Below, piece by piece: positions 1 through 12,298 of a stretch of 64,000 nt of DNA; within the stretch, counting starts at the first letter, position 1, and every line of letters begins with the position of its first letter. A model generated the notes under the pieces. That model made no database searches. It was not told the origin of the DNA and was given only the letters and a program-made list of their open reading frames with translations. Both the position numbers and the translations under genes were made by a program. The stretch covers positions 23,808,001 to 23,872,000 of the forward strand of contig NC_042998.1 of the NCBI RefSeq assembly GCF_006345805.1, written 5' to 3'. The stretch comes from Octopus sinensis. Its lineage: Eukaryota.

Positions 1-104
1 TATTATTATAGGAGCCATCTTTCTTTGTCCATATGTCTATTCATCTTGATATAAAGATGATTTTCATGAAAAATATTTACTCTCTCTTTTTTCCCTTTTT
101 ACAC

Positions 105-315
105 TCTTTTAGTTGTTTCAGTCATTTGACTGCAGCCATACTAGAGTACCGCCTCTTAGTCGAGCAGATTGACCCCAGGACTTATTCTTTGGAAGCCTAG
201 TACTTATTCTATCAGTCTCTTTTGCTGAACTGCTAAGTTATGGGGATGTAAACACACCAGCATCGGTTGTCAAGCGATGTTGGGGGGGGGGACAAACACA
301 GACGCACAAACATAT

Positions 316-361
<46 letters not shown>

Positions 362-768
362 CTTTACTGCCCACAAGGAGCTAAACATAGAGGGGACAAA
401 CAAGGACAGACGAAGGGATTGAGTCGATTATATCGCCCCTAGTGCAAAACTGGTACTTTATTTATCGACCCCAAAAGGATGAAAGGCAAAGTTGACCTCG
501 GTGGAATTTGAACTCAGAACGTAACAGCAGACGAAATACCACTAAGCATTTCGCCCGGCGCGCTAACGTGTCTGCCAGCTTGTCGCCTATACACATATAT
601 ACGACAGGCTTCTTTCAGTTTCCGTCTACCAAATCCACTCACAAAGCTTTGGTCGACCCGAGGCTATAGTAGAAGACACTTGCCCAAGGTGCCACGCAGT
701 GGGACTGAACCTGGAACCATGTAGTTGGTAACCAAGCTACTTACCACACAGCCACTCCTGCGCCTATA
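105..768 (-). mobile_element. tRNA-derived SINE family B (CORE/Ceph-like body, internal TA/CA microsatellite, TAAAAGAG tail) with nested SINE C
   Basis: Minus strand reads GGCGCAGGAGTGGCTGTGTGGTAAG...GGTTCAGTCCC (A/B-box-like head), ACCTTGGGCAAGTGTCTTC and GTGAGTGGATTTGGTAGACGGAAACTGAAAGAAGCC; same sequence recurs about 20 times in the window. Confidence 0.85.
359..588 (-). mobile_element. SINE family C nested in the microsatellite of SINE B
   Basis: Matches family C (GAGCTGGCAGAAACGTTAGC...GAGTTCAAATTCC...TTTGCCTTTCATCCTTT...GTAAAGAAA); flanked by the two halves of SINE B. Confidence 0.85.
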
Positions 769-1645
769 TGTATTCAATTTTTTCAGTGAATTCTTACATG
801 TAATGAGGAAAATAAGGTTCATGTTTTATTTTTGGTCAAAGTTTACTGATACCTGTCATGCCGCCAGAAAAAAATGTCCATGAATATTTCCCTCTCAAAC
901 AAATACAACTATTGATTGTGTAATGAAAGGAAAAAGATAAAGATTTGAAAATTGGAAGAAGAAAGAAAATGGCACTGAAGATAGTGACATGTTTGCTAAG
1001 AAAACAGTTTAAACTACTTTGATTTATTGAATGCAATTTCTTCTGCCACTAAAAATTTCTTATTATTTAAGATATCTAAACTATTTTATAAACATCTTCA
1101 GTCAGTAAAGCAGTTAATTCAGTTATTTGTAAGATATATATATATATATTATTTTCTAATTAAATATCTGTTGATATATGACAACTGTGAAATTATTAAT
1201 GAAAAATATTGTGAAAGCATTTCATATTGTGAATAAAAATAATTCACAGAAACTTATCAATCAGCTATTTTGCTAACATATTACATTAATATTTTGGATG
1301 AAATTATCAAAAAAAATTTCCTTTGACATTCATCATCTACTGCAAATATTACTGTTAAAAAGACATATATTCACAAATGAGAGTTTTTTTATGTGGTTAA
1401 TCAATATGCTAAAAATAGTAGCCAAATCACCATCAAATCAGTCAAAGTGGCACATTATAAATGGTAAAAACAGAATTGAGACTAAGAGCATTGTTTATGA
1501 AGATGTCATTTAAATAAATGTTAATATTCTACAGTGTATGTACTAAGATTGCAGAATATAAATAAAATATTAAAATAATCCATTTTAAAAAGGAGAAATA
1601 AGCTATATTAAATCTCTGAGCAAGATATCAATTTTAGTTAAACAA

Positions 1646-1812
1646 TGGGCGCAGGAGTGGCTGTGTGGTAAGTAACTTGCTAACCAACCACATGGTTCCG
1701 GGTTCAGTTCCACTGCGTGGCATCTTGGGCAAGTGTCTTCTGCTATAGCCCCGGGCCGACCAATGCCTTGTGAGTGGATTTGGTAGACGGAAACTGAAAG
1801 AAGCCTGTCATA

Positions 1813-1849
<37 letters not shown>

Positions 1850-2164
1850 CTACAAAATTAGAGAATGGAGAAATATACTTAAATCAGTAAAACATCAACT
1901 ATCCGATGATGTATTAAAGTATGGATTGAGTATCATCGGATAGTTGATGTTTTACTGATTTAAGTATATTTCTCCATTCTCTAATTTTGTAGTATTAATT
2001 TACGGTAATATATTACCTTTACCCATATAATGCAAAAGATGAACTGATTGTTTGACAATTTTTAACATCTATGTATTAATTTTGTTGGGTACCTATCTAG
2101 CAGTATATTGGATATATATTATCCATGGTGGGTTGAATTTTCACCCCTATCTCATTTTATAACC

Positions 2165-2199
<35 letters not shown>

Positions 2200-2404
2200 C
2201 TGTGTTTGTCCCCCTAGCATTGCTTGACAACCGATACTGGTGTGTTTACGTCCCCGTCACTTAGCGATTCGGCAAAAAGAGACCGATAGAATAAGTACTA
2301 GGCTTACAAAGAATAAGTCCCGGGGTCGATTTGTTCGACTAAAGGCGGTGCTCCAGCATGGCCGCAGTCAAAATGACTGAAACAAGTAAAAGAGAGTAAA
2401 GAGA
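1646..2404 (+). mobile_element. SINE family B, full length, with hairpin and extra DNA inside its microsatellite
   Basis: Head GGCGCAGGAGTGGCTGTGTGG at ~1647, tail AAACAAGTAAAAGAGAGTAAAGAG at ~2400. Confidence 0.9.
1848..1994. repeat. Perfect 63-bp inverted repeat with 21-bp spacer
   Basis: 1848-1910 is the exact reverse complement of 1932-1994. Confidence 0.95.
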
Positions 2405-2410
2405 ATATTA

Positions 2411-3430
2411 AATGATGTTTGTCCTCATGACTGGCACAAACTGATTAGATTTTGGGATCGATTTGGTACCAGACAAGGATTCTGGATTATTTTTCTGGTT
2501 TTTTAATTTAATTTTTGAAAGTGGTCAGGTTCATTTTTAATATTCTTCTTTGTGAGAGCAGTCAAGTTTATTTCAGATATCCCTGACTAATCATTGACAG
2601 GACATTGGTGTTTTCTTTGGCAGAGGTTTGCACTCTTTGGGTGATCTTGTTACTTTTGCCTTCGCTAAGACGCAGGTATTGTTTTCAGTCGTGTATGCTT
2701 GTTTGTTTGTCCGTGGACAGGATATCTCAAGAACTGCTGGATGGATTTGGATGAAACTTTCAGGGATGTTTGGCCTTGTGACTGGCACGAACTGATTAAA
2801 TTTTGGGATCGATCTGGTACCAGACAAGAATTCTGGATTATTTTTCCCGTTTTTTTTTAAACTTTACTTTTGAGAGTAGTTTGGTTCATTTTTAGTATTC
2901 TCGTTTGTGAGAGCAGTCAAGTTTATTTCAGATATTCTCTTTTTCTCTTTTACTTGTTTCAGTCATTTGACTGCGGTCATGCTGGAGCATCGCCTTTAGT
3001 CGAGCAAATCGACCCTGGGACTTATTCTTCGTAAGCCCAGTACTTATTCTATCGGTCTCTTTTGCCGAACCGCTAGGTGACGGGGACGTAAACACACCAG
3101 CATCGGTTGTCAAGCAATGCTAGGGGACAAACAGACACACAATCACACACACATATATATATATACACATATATACGACAGGCTTCTTTCAGTTTCCGTC
3201 TACAAAATCCACTCACAAGGCATTGGTCGGCCCGGGGCTATAGCAGAAGACACTTGCCCAAGATGCCACGCAGTGGGACTGAACCTGCAACCATGTGGTT
3301 GGTTAGCAAGCTACTTACCACACAGCCACTCCTGTGCCTATTCTCATTTTAAAAATCATCTCTGGCTAATTGTTGAGAGAACGTTGGTGTTGTCTTGGCA
3401 GAGGTTTGCACTTTCTGAGTGCTCTTGTTT
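2411..3430 (+). mobile_element. Two tandem Helentron/HINE (DINE-1-like) non-autonomous elements; the second is interrupted by SINE B (2934-3340)
   Basis: Shared body GACTGGCAC.AACTGATTA.ATTTTGGGATCGAT; 3' ends GGCAGAGGTTTGCACTCTTTGGGTGATCTTGTT (~2651) and GGCAGAGGTTTGCACTTTCTGAGTGCTCTTGTT (~3430) with GCAC...GTGC hairpin; TTTG repeats after the 5' end of copy 2. Confidence 0.65.
2934..3340 (-). mobile_element. SINE family B
   Basis: Full-length family B match. Confidence 0.9.
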
Positions 3431-4802
3431 ATATATAAAATACTACAATTAGCCATCAGTTTTGATGAACACACCTAACGTATGTCTCTCTTGCGTGTCC
3501 CATGACTATCAGTCTTCTAAACGAATATGTCTAACCAACTAAACTTTAGCTGCTGTTGTTATTGTCCACTTATCTTTTATCTTTCCTGTGGGGTACTACT
3601 GTGAAGAATTTTTAGTCAAATGAATCAATCCCAGAACTTGCTTTTTTTTTAAGGCTGGTATTGATTCTATTAGTCTCTTTTGCTGAACATCTAAGTTACA
3701 AGCATGTGAAAATACCAGCACCAAAACCAACAATTGTCAAATAGTGGGGGAGGGGACAAACACACACACACACACACACATGCACACACACTCAAACATG
3801 ATGAGCTTCTTTCAGTTTCTGTTTACCAAATCCACTCATAAGATTTTAGTTGACCCAAGGCTAAAGTAGAAGACACTTGCCAAAGGTGCCACACAATAAG
3901 ACTGAAACTGGAACCATGTGGTTGGAAAATAAGCTTTTTACCACACAGCCACGCCTTTGCCAACTAAAAACTCTGAAATCTTGTTATTAATGGTTACTTA
4001 AGCAGTGCCCCAGCGTGGTCACAGTCCAATGACAGAAACCAGTAAAAGAATAAAAAAGGTAAGTAAAAACATAAAAACAAAGAAATTGTTTTCTTCTTTC
4101 AAAATTTTGCATTTTTAGCAGCAAAATTTCCTTTTCAAAGTTTTGCATTTTCGTTAGTCGATTTTTGATTTTAATTATGCAGTCCAGCTCTGTTACATGT
4201 GTCATTCACCGAGTGAGCTACCAGCAACATGAAAGGAAAAATATGTTATAAAGAAAAATCAAACAGAAAAGAGATCTGGATCAAACAGCTGGATAGCAAC
4301 ATAATAATTTTCAAGTTGTTGATTTATTGTATTATGTAAATAGTCTGTCAAATGACTCCAAGCAAACACACTGATGTGTTATACTCTCTATCATGTGATA
4401 GGTCACACTTGTAGGTCTCCCTAAGTATGTATGCATGTATGTATGTATGTATGTATTTCTGTCAGTGTGTGCATGCATGCATTATGTTTGTATATATGTA
4501 TGTATGGATGTATGCATGTCCTTGTGTGTGTGTATATGTATGTGTCCGTATATATATGTATGTGTATAGAATGATGTGGACGCGTCTGATGAGAACCCAA
4601 TAAGGTTTCAAAATCAATTAAGGTTCATCATTTTTTCAGTTTGCAGAGGAATGGCTAAAAAGCTTGCCCTGCTTATAATTATACCATATGTTACACACAC
4701 ACACACACCACACACACACACATATATACATATATTAATAAATAAAATAAAACATATGCATATATATAAACATATATGTACGTACCTACCTCTACATGTA
4801 CA

Positions 4803-5357
4803 TATACACGCATATATGAGTACAGGACACCAAAAGGACGTCGAACACAATGAGAAACGAAAACATAGACACAAACCAAAGGAACTGGACATTTTTTTAA
4901 AAACAGCAAAAAAATAGAGTACAGGACAATTAACACAAAGAACAAACCCCTTCTTCAGTCGCTAAAGGTTTCATCTACTCTACGTTTTGAAGGATATATA
5001 TATCTTGTTTTTCCTTGTCCTGTCTTTTACTGTTTACAATTTGTATTGTCGTTACTGTCCTGTTGTTACCATTTTTTACCCCTCTGCGAAAAGATCTCAG
5101 AATTTTAATTGATTTGCTTTTTGCAGGAAGGAAAGTTTTCTTGTCGAAGATACGTCTCGCTTTTATCCTTCGAAACGTAGAGTAGATGAAACCTTTAGCG
5201 ATTGAAGAAGGGGTTTGTTCTTTGTGTTAATTGTCCTGTACTCTATTTTTTTGCTGTTTTTAAAAAAATGTCCAGTTCCTTTGGTTTATGTCTATGTTTT
5301 CGTTTCTCATTGTGTTCGATGTCCTTTTGGTGTCCTGTACTCATATATGCGTGTATA
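4803..5357. repeat. ~190-bp inverted repeat (4803-4995 / 5165-5357) between microsatellites, Penelope-like terminal fragment
   Basis: Arms are near-exact reverse complements and carry CCTTCGAAACGTAGAG; Penelope link is inference. Confidence 0.85.
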
Positions 5358-5370
5358 TATATATATATAT

Positions 5371-5412
<42 letters not shown>

Positions 5413-5596
5413 AGGGAGGGAAATAGAAAGAGATAAATGCTTATAATAGCGAGAAAAGCACTTATCTCAGCTAACGCTTCAGTAATGGATAGACAATTCC
5501 TTGGCATTTCTCTTAAGGACACATCTATTGCTTTACAAAAGACTTTCCTCTTACTCCTCCTTACCAAAACTAAGGACCTCATCCAAAGAATATATA

Positions 5597-6563
5597 TCAT
5601 CATCATCATCGTTTAACGTCTGCTTTCCATGCTAGCATGAGTTGGACAATTTGACTGAGGACTGGCGAACCAGATGACTGCACCAGGCTCCAATCTGATC
5701 TGGCAGATTTTCTACAGCTGGATGCCCTTCCTAATGACAACCACTCCGAGAATGTAGTGGGTGTTTTTACGTGCCATCAGCACGAGGGCCAGTCAGGTGG
5801 TACTGGCAACGGCCATGCTTAATGTGCAACAAGCACAGGAGCCAGTCCAGTGGCACTGACAACGACCTTGCTCGAATGTTTTTCATGTGCCACCAGCACA
5901 AGTGCCAGTAAGGCCACACTGGTAACGATCACGTTTGAATGGTGCATTTTACATGCCACTGGCATGGAAGCTGGTCAGAGGCTCTGGCAGCGATCACGTT
6001 TGGATGGTGCTCTTAGCGCTCCACTGGCATGGGTGCCAGTCATCGAATTTGTGAATTTGATTTGATTTCAATTTCACTTGCCTCAACAGGTCTTCATGAG
6101 TAGAATTTAGTGTCTAATGAAGGAAAGGTATGCATAAGTAGGCTGGTCACACCGCTGGCATAGGCCACAGGTTATGGTCTCGGCTTGCGGGTGTCTTTTC
6201 ATGCACTGCATATTTCCAAAGGTCTCGGTCACTAGTTATTGCCTCGGTGAGGCCTAATGTTCACCACCTCATCCCAAGTCTTCCAGTGTCTACCTCTTCC
6301 ACAGGTTCCCTCAACCGCTAGGGTGTGGCACTTTTGCACACAGCTATCCTCATCCATTCTCACCACATGACCATACTAGCACAGTTGTCTCTCTTGCATA
6401 CCACATCTGATGCTTCTTGGGTCCAACTTTTCTCTCAAGGTACTTACACTCTGTCGAGTATGCACACTGACATTACACATCCATCGGAGCATACTCGCTT
6501 CATTCCTTGTGAGCTTACACATGTCCTCAGCAGTCATGGCCTGTGTTTCACTGCCATGTAGCA
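5597..6563 (-). mobile_element. RTE-clade LINE 3' fragment (decayed ORF end, repeat-containing 3'UTR, (TGA)n tail)
   Basis: Minus translation MLHGSETQAMTAEDMCKLTRNEASMLRWMCNVS...YGHVVRMDEDSCVQKC...GRGRHWKTWDEV...GLTEAITSDRDLWKYAVHEKT is typical of RTE C-termini. Confidence 0.85.
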
Positions 6564-6649
6564 TGGCTAAACTCAAATTAGGCAATCATACTCATACATT
6601 TATAAATTCGACTTAAAATGCATATACATATATTAATACATATCGACAC

Positions 6650-7600
6650 ATTCGAATATTTAAAAAAAATATTTCTAGAATATAAATATATATATAAATA
6701 TACCTAAAAATACATGTAAATAAAATCCATGTGGGATGCATATGGAAAGAAGTGTGAGAAAAAGAAGATTGATAAAAAAAGGAATGGTGTTTGCTTGAAA
6801 TATAAATTAAAAATTAAAATTACTGCTTTTGATGAGATTCTTTAAATCCATATGTACTTCCTGGTTAGTTTTCTGTAATAATCCATAATATTCATATAGG
6901 AATTTATTTATTGTTTATATGTTTAATGATAGAAAAAATATAGATTCTTAATTACTATATTTGTTGATTATAATTTAGATACTTATTCTTATGTATTTAT
7001 TATTTTATAATTATTATATGTGAACTAAAATCTAAAAATATTAATAGTGATTATTTTGTTAAATAGTTTGGTAATTAAATATAGGAGTATAACGAGGTTA
7101 AAGATATTCTATAGTTTATTAATGTTTTTTTAAGCTAAATTATATCTTCATAAATAAATACATTTTTCTATCTATTTACTCTATTTCTTTTACCTTAAAT
7201 ATTAAATATTTAATAAATGTGTCATAGGAAACTGATCCTAATGTTTTAAATTTCAAAGTTAGCTGATGGAGTTTCTTCTATAAGAAAATTTATTATTTTA
7301 TATATTTTCAAAAATAAATATTGTTTAACTCTATTTCCTTATTTATTTAACTATTATTGTTAACCTGAAGATTGACAATTTTAAATTGAATTCATTTCAA
7401 TTAAATTTAAATTTGATTGTAATTTGAATTTAATTGTACGTAGTTTTTTTTACTTATTATATAATGATTATTCATTTTTATACTTTTTGTGATCTGGTTA
7501 TATGTTTTATAAAAATATATTTTATTTGTTATTTATATTTTGGTTTATGTCTATCATTTTTTGAATTGCATAATAGTGGTTTTATCTCTAATTTATATTA
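6650..7600 (+). other. Extremely AT-rich segment, possibly a decayed Penelope-like element end
   Basis: AACCTGAAGAT...ACGTAGTT resembles the hammerhead-like motif seen elsewhere; weak GIY-YIG-like translation KYRSITRLKIFYSLLMFFK. Confidence 0.25.
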
Positions 7601-7603
7601 TAT

Positions 7604-7643
<40 letters not shown>

Positions 7644-7823
7644 CCCATGCTAGCATGGAAAGCGGACGTTAAATGATGATGATGAATGATATATATATAT
7701 CAGTAACAATATAGGGTGAAATTAATTAATTTGGAATAATTATCAATTACACCAAGTAGATTTCGGCATGTAAAAGCCTCATTCGAGGAAAATTTAACTT
7801 AATTGCTTAGTATATATATATAT

Positions 7824-8416
7824 CATCATCATCATCATCATCATCGTTTAGCGTCCGTTTTCCATGCTAGCATGGGTTGGACGGTTCTACTGGGGTCTGT
7901 GAAGCCAGAAGGCTTCATCAGGCCCAGTCAAATCTGGCAGTGTTTCTACGGCTGGATGCCCTTCCTAACGCCAACCACTCCGTGAGTGTAGTGGGTGCTT
8001 TTTACATGCCACCCGCACTGGTGCCAGACAGAGCTGGCAAACGGCCACGAACGGATGGTGCTTTTTATGTGCCACCGGCACGAGGGCCAGGCGAGGCTGG
8101 CAACGGACACGAAACGGGGCGGTGCTGGCAACGGTCGCGAAACGGAAAGTTCTCTTACATGCCACCGGCACTGGTAACACATCTGCAATTTCCATTGATC
8201 GATTTCCATTGATCGATTTCGATTCTGATCGTCACTTGCCTCAACGGGTCTTCACAAGTAGAGTTTTGTGTCCCAAGAAGGGAAGGTATGCATACGTAGG
8301 CTGGCTCCATCCCATGTAGAAGGCCACGGGTTATGGACTCACTTGTCCTGCCGGGTCTTCTCGCGCACAGCACACTTCCAGAGGTCTCGGTCTCTAGTCA
8401 TTTCCTCAGTGAGACC
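7824..8416 (-). mobile_element. RTE LINE 3' end (ORF end GLTEEMTRDRDLWKCAVREKTRQDK*, stop at 8339-8341, plus 3'UTR)
   Basis: Translation read directly; same 3' terminus GGAAAACGGACGCTAAACGATGATGA as other copies. Confidence 0.85.
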
Positions 8417-8672
8417 TTATATTGCCCAACAGCCTTAACCAATGGACACTAATAACAAGCTGTATCAAATCTGAGCAAAACAGGGTTCATTTAATGAGAC
8501 ACCTCTTAATACAGCACCTGAGGAGATGCTTCTACACCGAAGGATGCACCATAACTAGTTGTATAGTTTCCTACTCATTAAGGATTGATACAGGATGTGT
8601 TGAAACAATTGTTGTGAGCAATAAAGTTTCCCGTGTATTCCATTTTATTTTCTGTCTCTATCATTTGTTTTA

Positions 8673-8727
<55 letters not shown>

Positions 8728-9037
8728 GGGGAAAGGTGTGTACATGGCATTAAAATTGCTAATGTAAAAACATGAAGACATCAGCTTTAACTATATCACT
8801 CCCATGTAGAATACCATTGACAAAAGCTGCCTACACTCAGAGATTCCTCTTTGTCTGTAGTTCTCAGTTAATAAATTATTCAGTCATCTAAATCGGTTTG
8901 ACTGGAAATAAATGTTTTACTGAAGAAGTCCAACAATATTCCTACAGGAGATTAATGTCTGTTTTACAAAACGGATAAATAAAATTATGATATTTTTACT
9001 GCCACTATCCTTTTACTGCACTTTTTGGTTGAAGTTT

Positions 9038-9525
9038 ATCATCATCATCATCGTTTAACGTCCGTTTTCCATGCTGGCATGGGTTGGACGGTTCGACTAG
9101 GTTTAAGGCAGCGAGCTGGCAGAAACGTTAGCACGCCGGGCGAAATGCGTAGCCGTATTTCGTCTGCCGTTACGTTCTGAGTTCAAATTCCGCCGAGGTC
9201 GACTTTGCCTTTCATCCTTTTGGGGTCGATTAAATAAGTACCAGTTACGCACTGGGATCGATATAATCAACTTAATCCATGTGTCTGTCCTTGTTTGTCC
9301 TCTCTGTGTTTAGCCCCTTGTGGGTAGTAAAGAAATAAGTTCGACTGGGGTTTGGAAAGCCAGGAGGCTGCACCAGGCCCCAGTCTGATCTGGCAGTGTT
9401 TCTACAGCTGGATGCCCTTCCTAACACCAACCACTCCGAGAGTGTAGTGGGTGCATTTTACGTACCGCCAGCACAGAAGCCAGTCAAAGAGGCACTGGCA
9501 TCGGCCACATTTGGATGGTGCTTTG
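9038..9525 (-). mobile_element. RTE 3'UTR fragment with nested SINE C (9105-9338)
   Basis: SINE C flanked by duplicated GTTCGACT(A/G)GG (from 9091 and from 9339). Confidence 0.85.
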
Positions 9526-9679
9526 ACAGGATTCTTTCAGTTTCCATCTACCAAATCCATTCACAAGGCTTTGGTTGGTCCAAGGCTAACGTAAAGCCAT
9601 AAGTATTGTAGCTGACATACAAATGATTTTGCTAGCTTGCTTCCTTAAATATGAATTCACAGAATTACAAGCCGAACTT

Positions 9680-9780
9680 GTTTCATCTTGTTTGTTGTTA
9701 ACATAACGCTCCGGCTGATACACCCTCCAGCCCTCATCATTTTTGTAAATTCTTTTTATTATTTTATTATTGTTTTGTTT
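9680..9780 (-). mobile_element. Penelope-like terminal fragment with degenerate hammerhead-like motif
   Basis: Minus: ATGATGA GGGCTG gagggtgtat CAGCC GGAG CGTT ATGT; paralogue at 53035-53170. Confidence 0.5.
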
Positions 9781-10116
9781 AAGGCAGGGAGCTGGCAGAA
9801 TCATTAGCATACTGGACAAAAATGCTTTGTGGCATTTTGTCCATCTTTACATTCTGAATTCAAATTCTGCCACTTAAAATGAATTCAAATTCTGTGACTT
9901 TACTGTTCATCTTTTTAGGGACGATGAAATAAGTACCAGTCATACACTGGGGTCGATTTAATTTCAGGCTTTATGCTTACAGTAGAGAAGATTATTGTTT
10001 TGTTTATGTCATCTTTATTATAATGATAGGGACCGGTATTATAAAAGGAAGAGGAAAACCTCTGCATGGTCAGTAGATCTCCAATAAATAGTAACTAGAT
10101 CTCTCTTTAAACTACT

Positions 10117-10333
10117 ACTCTTTACTCTTTACTCTTTTACTTGTTTCAGTCATTTGACTGTGGCCATGCTGGAGCACCGCCTTTAATCGAACAAATCGAC
10201 CCCGGGACTTATTCTTTGTAAGCCCAGTACTTATTCTATCGGTCTCTTTTTGCCGAACCGCTAAGTGATGGGGACGTAAACACACCAGCATCGGTTGTCA
10301 AGCAATACTAGGGGGACAAACACAGACACACAA

Positions 10334-10366
<33 letters not shown>

Positions 10367-10525
10367 CGACAGGCTTCTTTCAGTTTCCGTCTACCAAATC
10401 CACTCACAAGGCATTGGTCGGCCTGGGGCTATAGCAGAAGACACTTGCCCAAGGTGCCACGCAGTGGGACTGAACACGGAACCATGAGGTTGGTTAGCAA
10501 GCTACTTACCACACAGCCACTCCTA
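10117..10525 (-). mobile_element. SINE family B
   Basis: Full-length match with multi-unit TAAAAGAG tail. Confidence 0.9.
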
Positions 10526-11486
10526 CTCTATAAATCTTATAAAAAAGAACCATGAATAATGTAGTCAAGTGTATACTATTGCTGTAAATAAAATGAGTTA
10601 GTCGTGGTTGTATTCCTATGAAAGATCTGCTCTTTTAGGGTCAACAATATGAGGTGTTGCAATTGGCCTGTGTAGAGAGTGGTATTGTGGGACTTCTGGT
10701 TAATCATTTGTACAGTTCTGTTGTTTCTGGAGAGAGTCATTTTCTTTTTGTGCCTTATAATGTAACACACTCACCAGTAAAATTTCCACTTATTTCTTAT
10801 TTTTATTTTCCTAAAATTTTCGTTGCGTCTTGCAACCTTTTCAGTAGTCTTGATTCTCCCCAGACACAACAGAATATGCTTCAACACACGAACTCATATA
10901 AAGAATCTTGCAAACCAAATACAAAAACGAAACATTTGTACGATGTTTCTGGTTTGTATATTACTAAAACAAGAAGAAACAAAAAACAACAACAAATAGA
11001 CATGAGGAAATGTGATTGTTGTTATTGGCAACAAGGTTGTTCATAAGAATTATAAAAGTAATATAAGGTTATGGGATCTTTTCTGTTACTATCATAGATT
11101 TTGAAATTTTAAAATTAAGTGAAAATTTTCAGATTTGGTATATTGATGTAATTTTTCACTCTAAATTGGGTTTTGTTATTCATTTAATGCAGAAAAAGTT
11201 TAAAACAATGTTACAAAATCTTAAAGTTTCATTATTTTTACCCAACCAAAAAACAAGATTTGGAAGCTGGCATTTTCTGTGTGATAGTTGGTAATCACAA
11301 AATGAAAACAAAAACATTTTAATAATGAAGTTTAATAAACAAATTACAAGCAAAACGTTAAGATGATGAAAGCTGTAAAGTCATGTGAAATGTTTGAACA
11401 GGCATGTAAATAATTTAAAAGGGTCAAAATCTGCAACAAAAGTTTTTTGCAAAAAGTCACACACACAAAAACAAACTGTACATTAT

Positions 11487-11557
11487 GGTTTAGGGTTAAG
11501 GTGTAGGGTTGAGGGTTAGGGTTTATGGTTAAGGCTAGGGTTTAGGGTTAAGGTTTG
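11487..11557 (+). repeat. Degenerate telomere-like (TTAGGG-variant) tract
   Basis: GGTTTAGGGTTAAGGTGTAGGGTTGAGGGTTAGGGTTTATGGTTAAGGCTAGGGTTTAGGGTTAAGG. Confidence 0.7.
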
Positions 11558-11939
11558 ACTTGTGAAAGAAAATACTTAAGCTAAAAGAAAGTACACTTGG
11601 TAGTGATGGTGGTTTGGGTGGCAGACTACATCTCCACTTGTTACTATGGAAACAGGTACCAATATGTTTGTGGTTTTTGAATAGCTAAAATTGCCCAAAA
11701 TTTGCAAAGTTTAAAAGTTATTAACTTTTTATTTATTTATGGCAAAACTGTATTTCATTTTCATAATTAACATACAAAACTAAATTGGTACACCGAATTT
11801 AAAAACATATGAAGCAAAATTAAAAAAAAATAGAAAACTGTGACAGCAACAAAAATTATCCAGGTTATGCGCAGTGGGGTAAAATGAATTCTGTGGTTTC
11901 AGTCAGAATTTTACCAGCTCTGAGAGCACCACATATTTT

Positions 11940-12298
11940 ATTCTTTTACTTGTTTCAGTCAATTGGCTGTGGCCATGCTGGAGCACTGCCTTTAGGACTT
12001 ATTTTTTGTAAGCCTAGTACTTATTCTATCGTTCTTTTCTGCCGAACCACTGAGTTAGGGGCGTAAACTTACCAACATTGGTTGTCAAGCAATGATGGAG
12101 GGACAAACACATACACACAAACATACACATATATATAGGATGGGCTTCTATCAGTTTCTGTCTACCAAATACACTCACAAGGCTTTGGTCGGCCCGAGGC
12201 TATAGACAAAGACATTTGCCCAAGGTGGCACGCAGTGGGACTGAACCTGGAACCATGTGGTTGGAAAGCAAGCTTCTTACCACACAGCCATGCCTGTA
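11940..12298 (-). mobile_element. SINE family B (diverged)
   Basis: Family B match. Confidence 0.8.
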
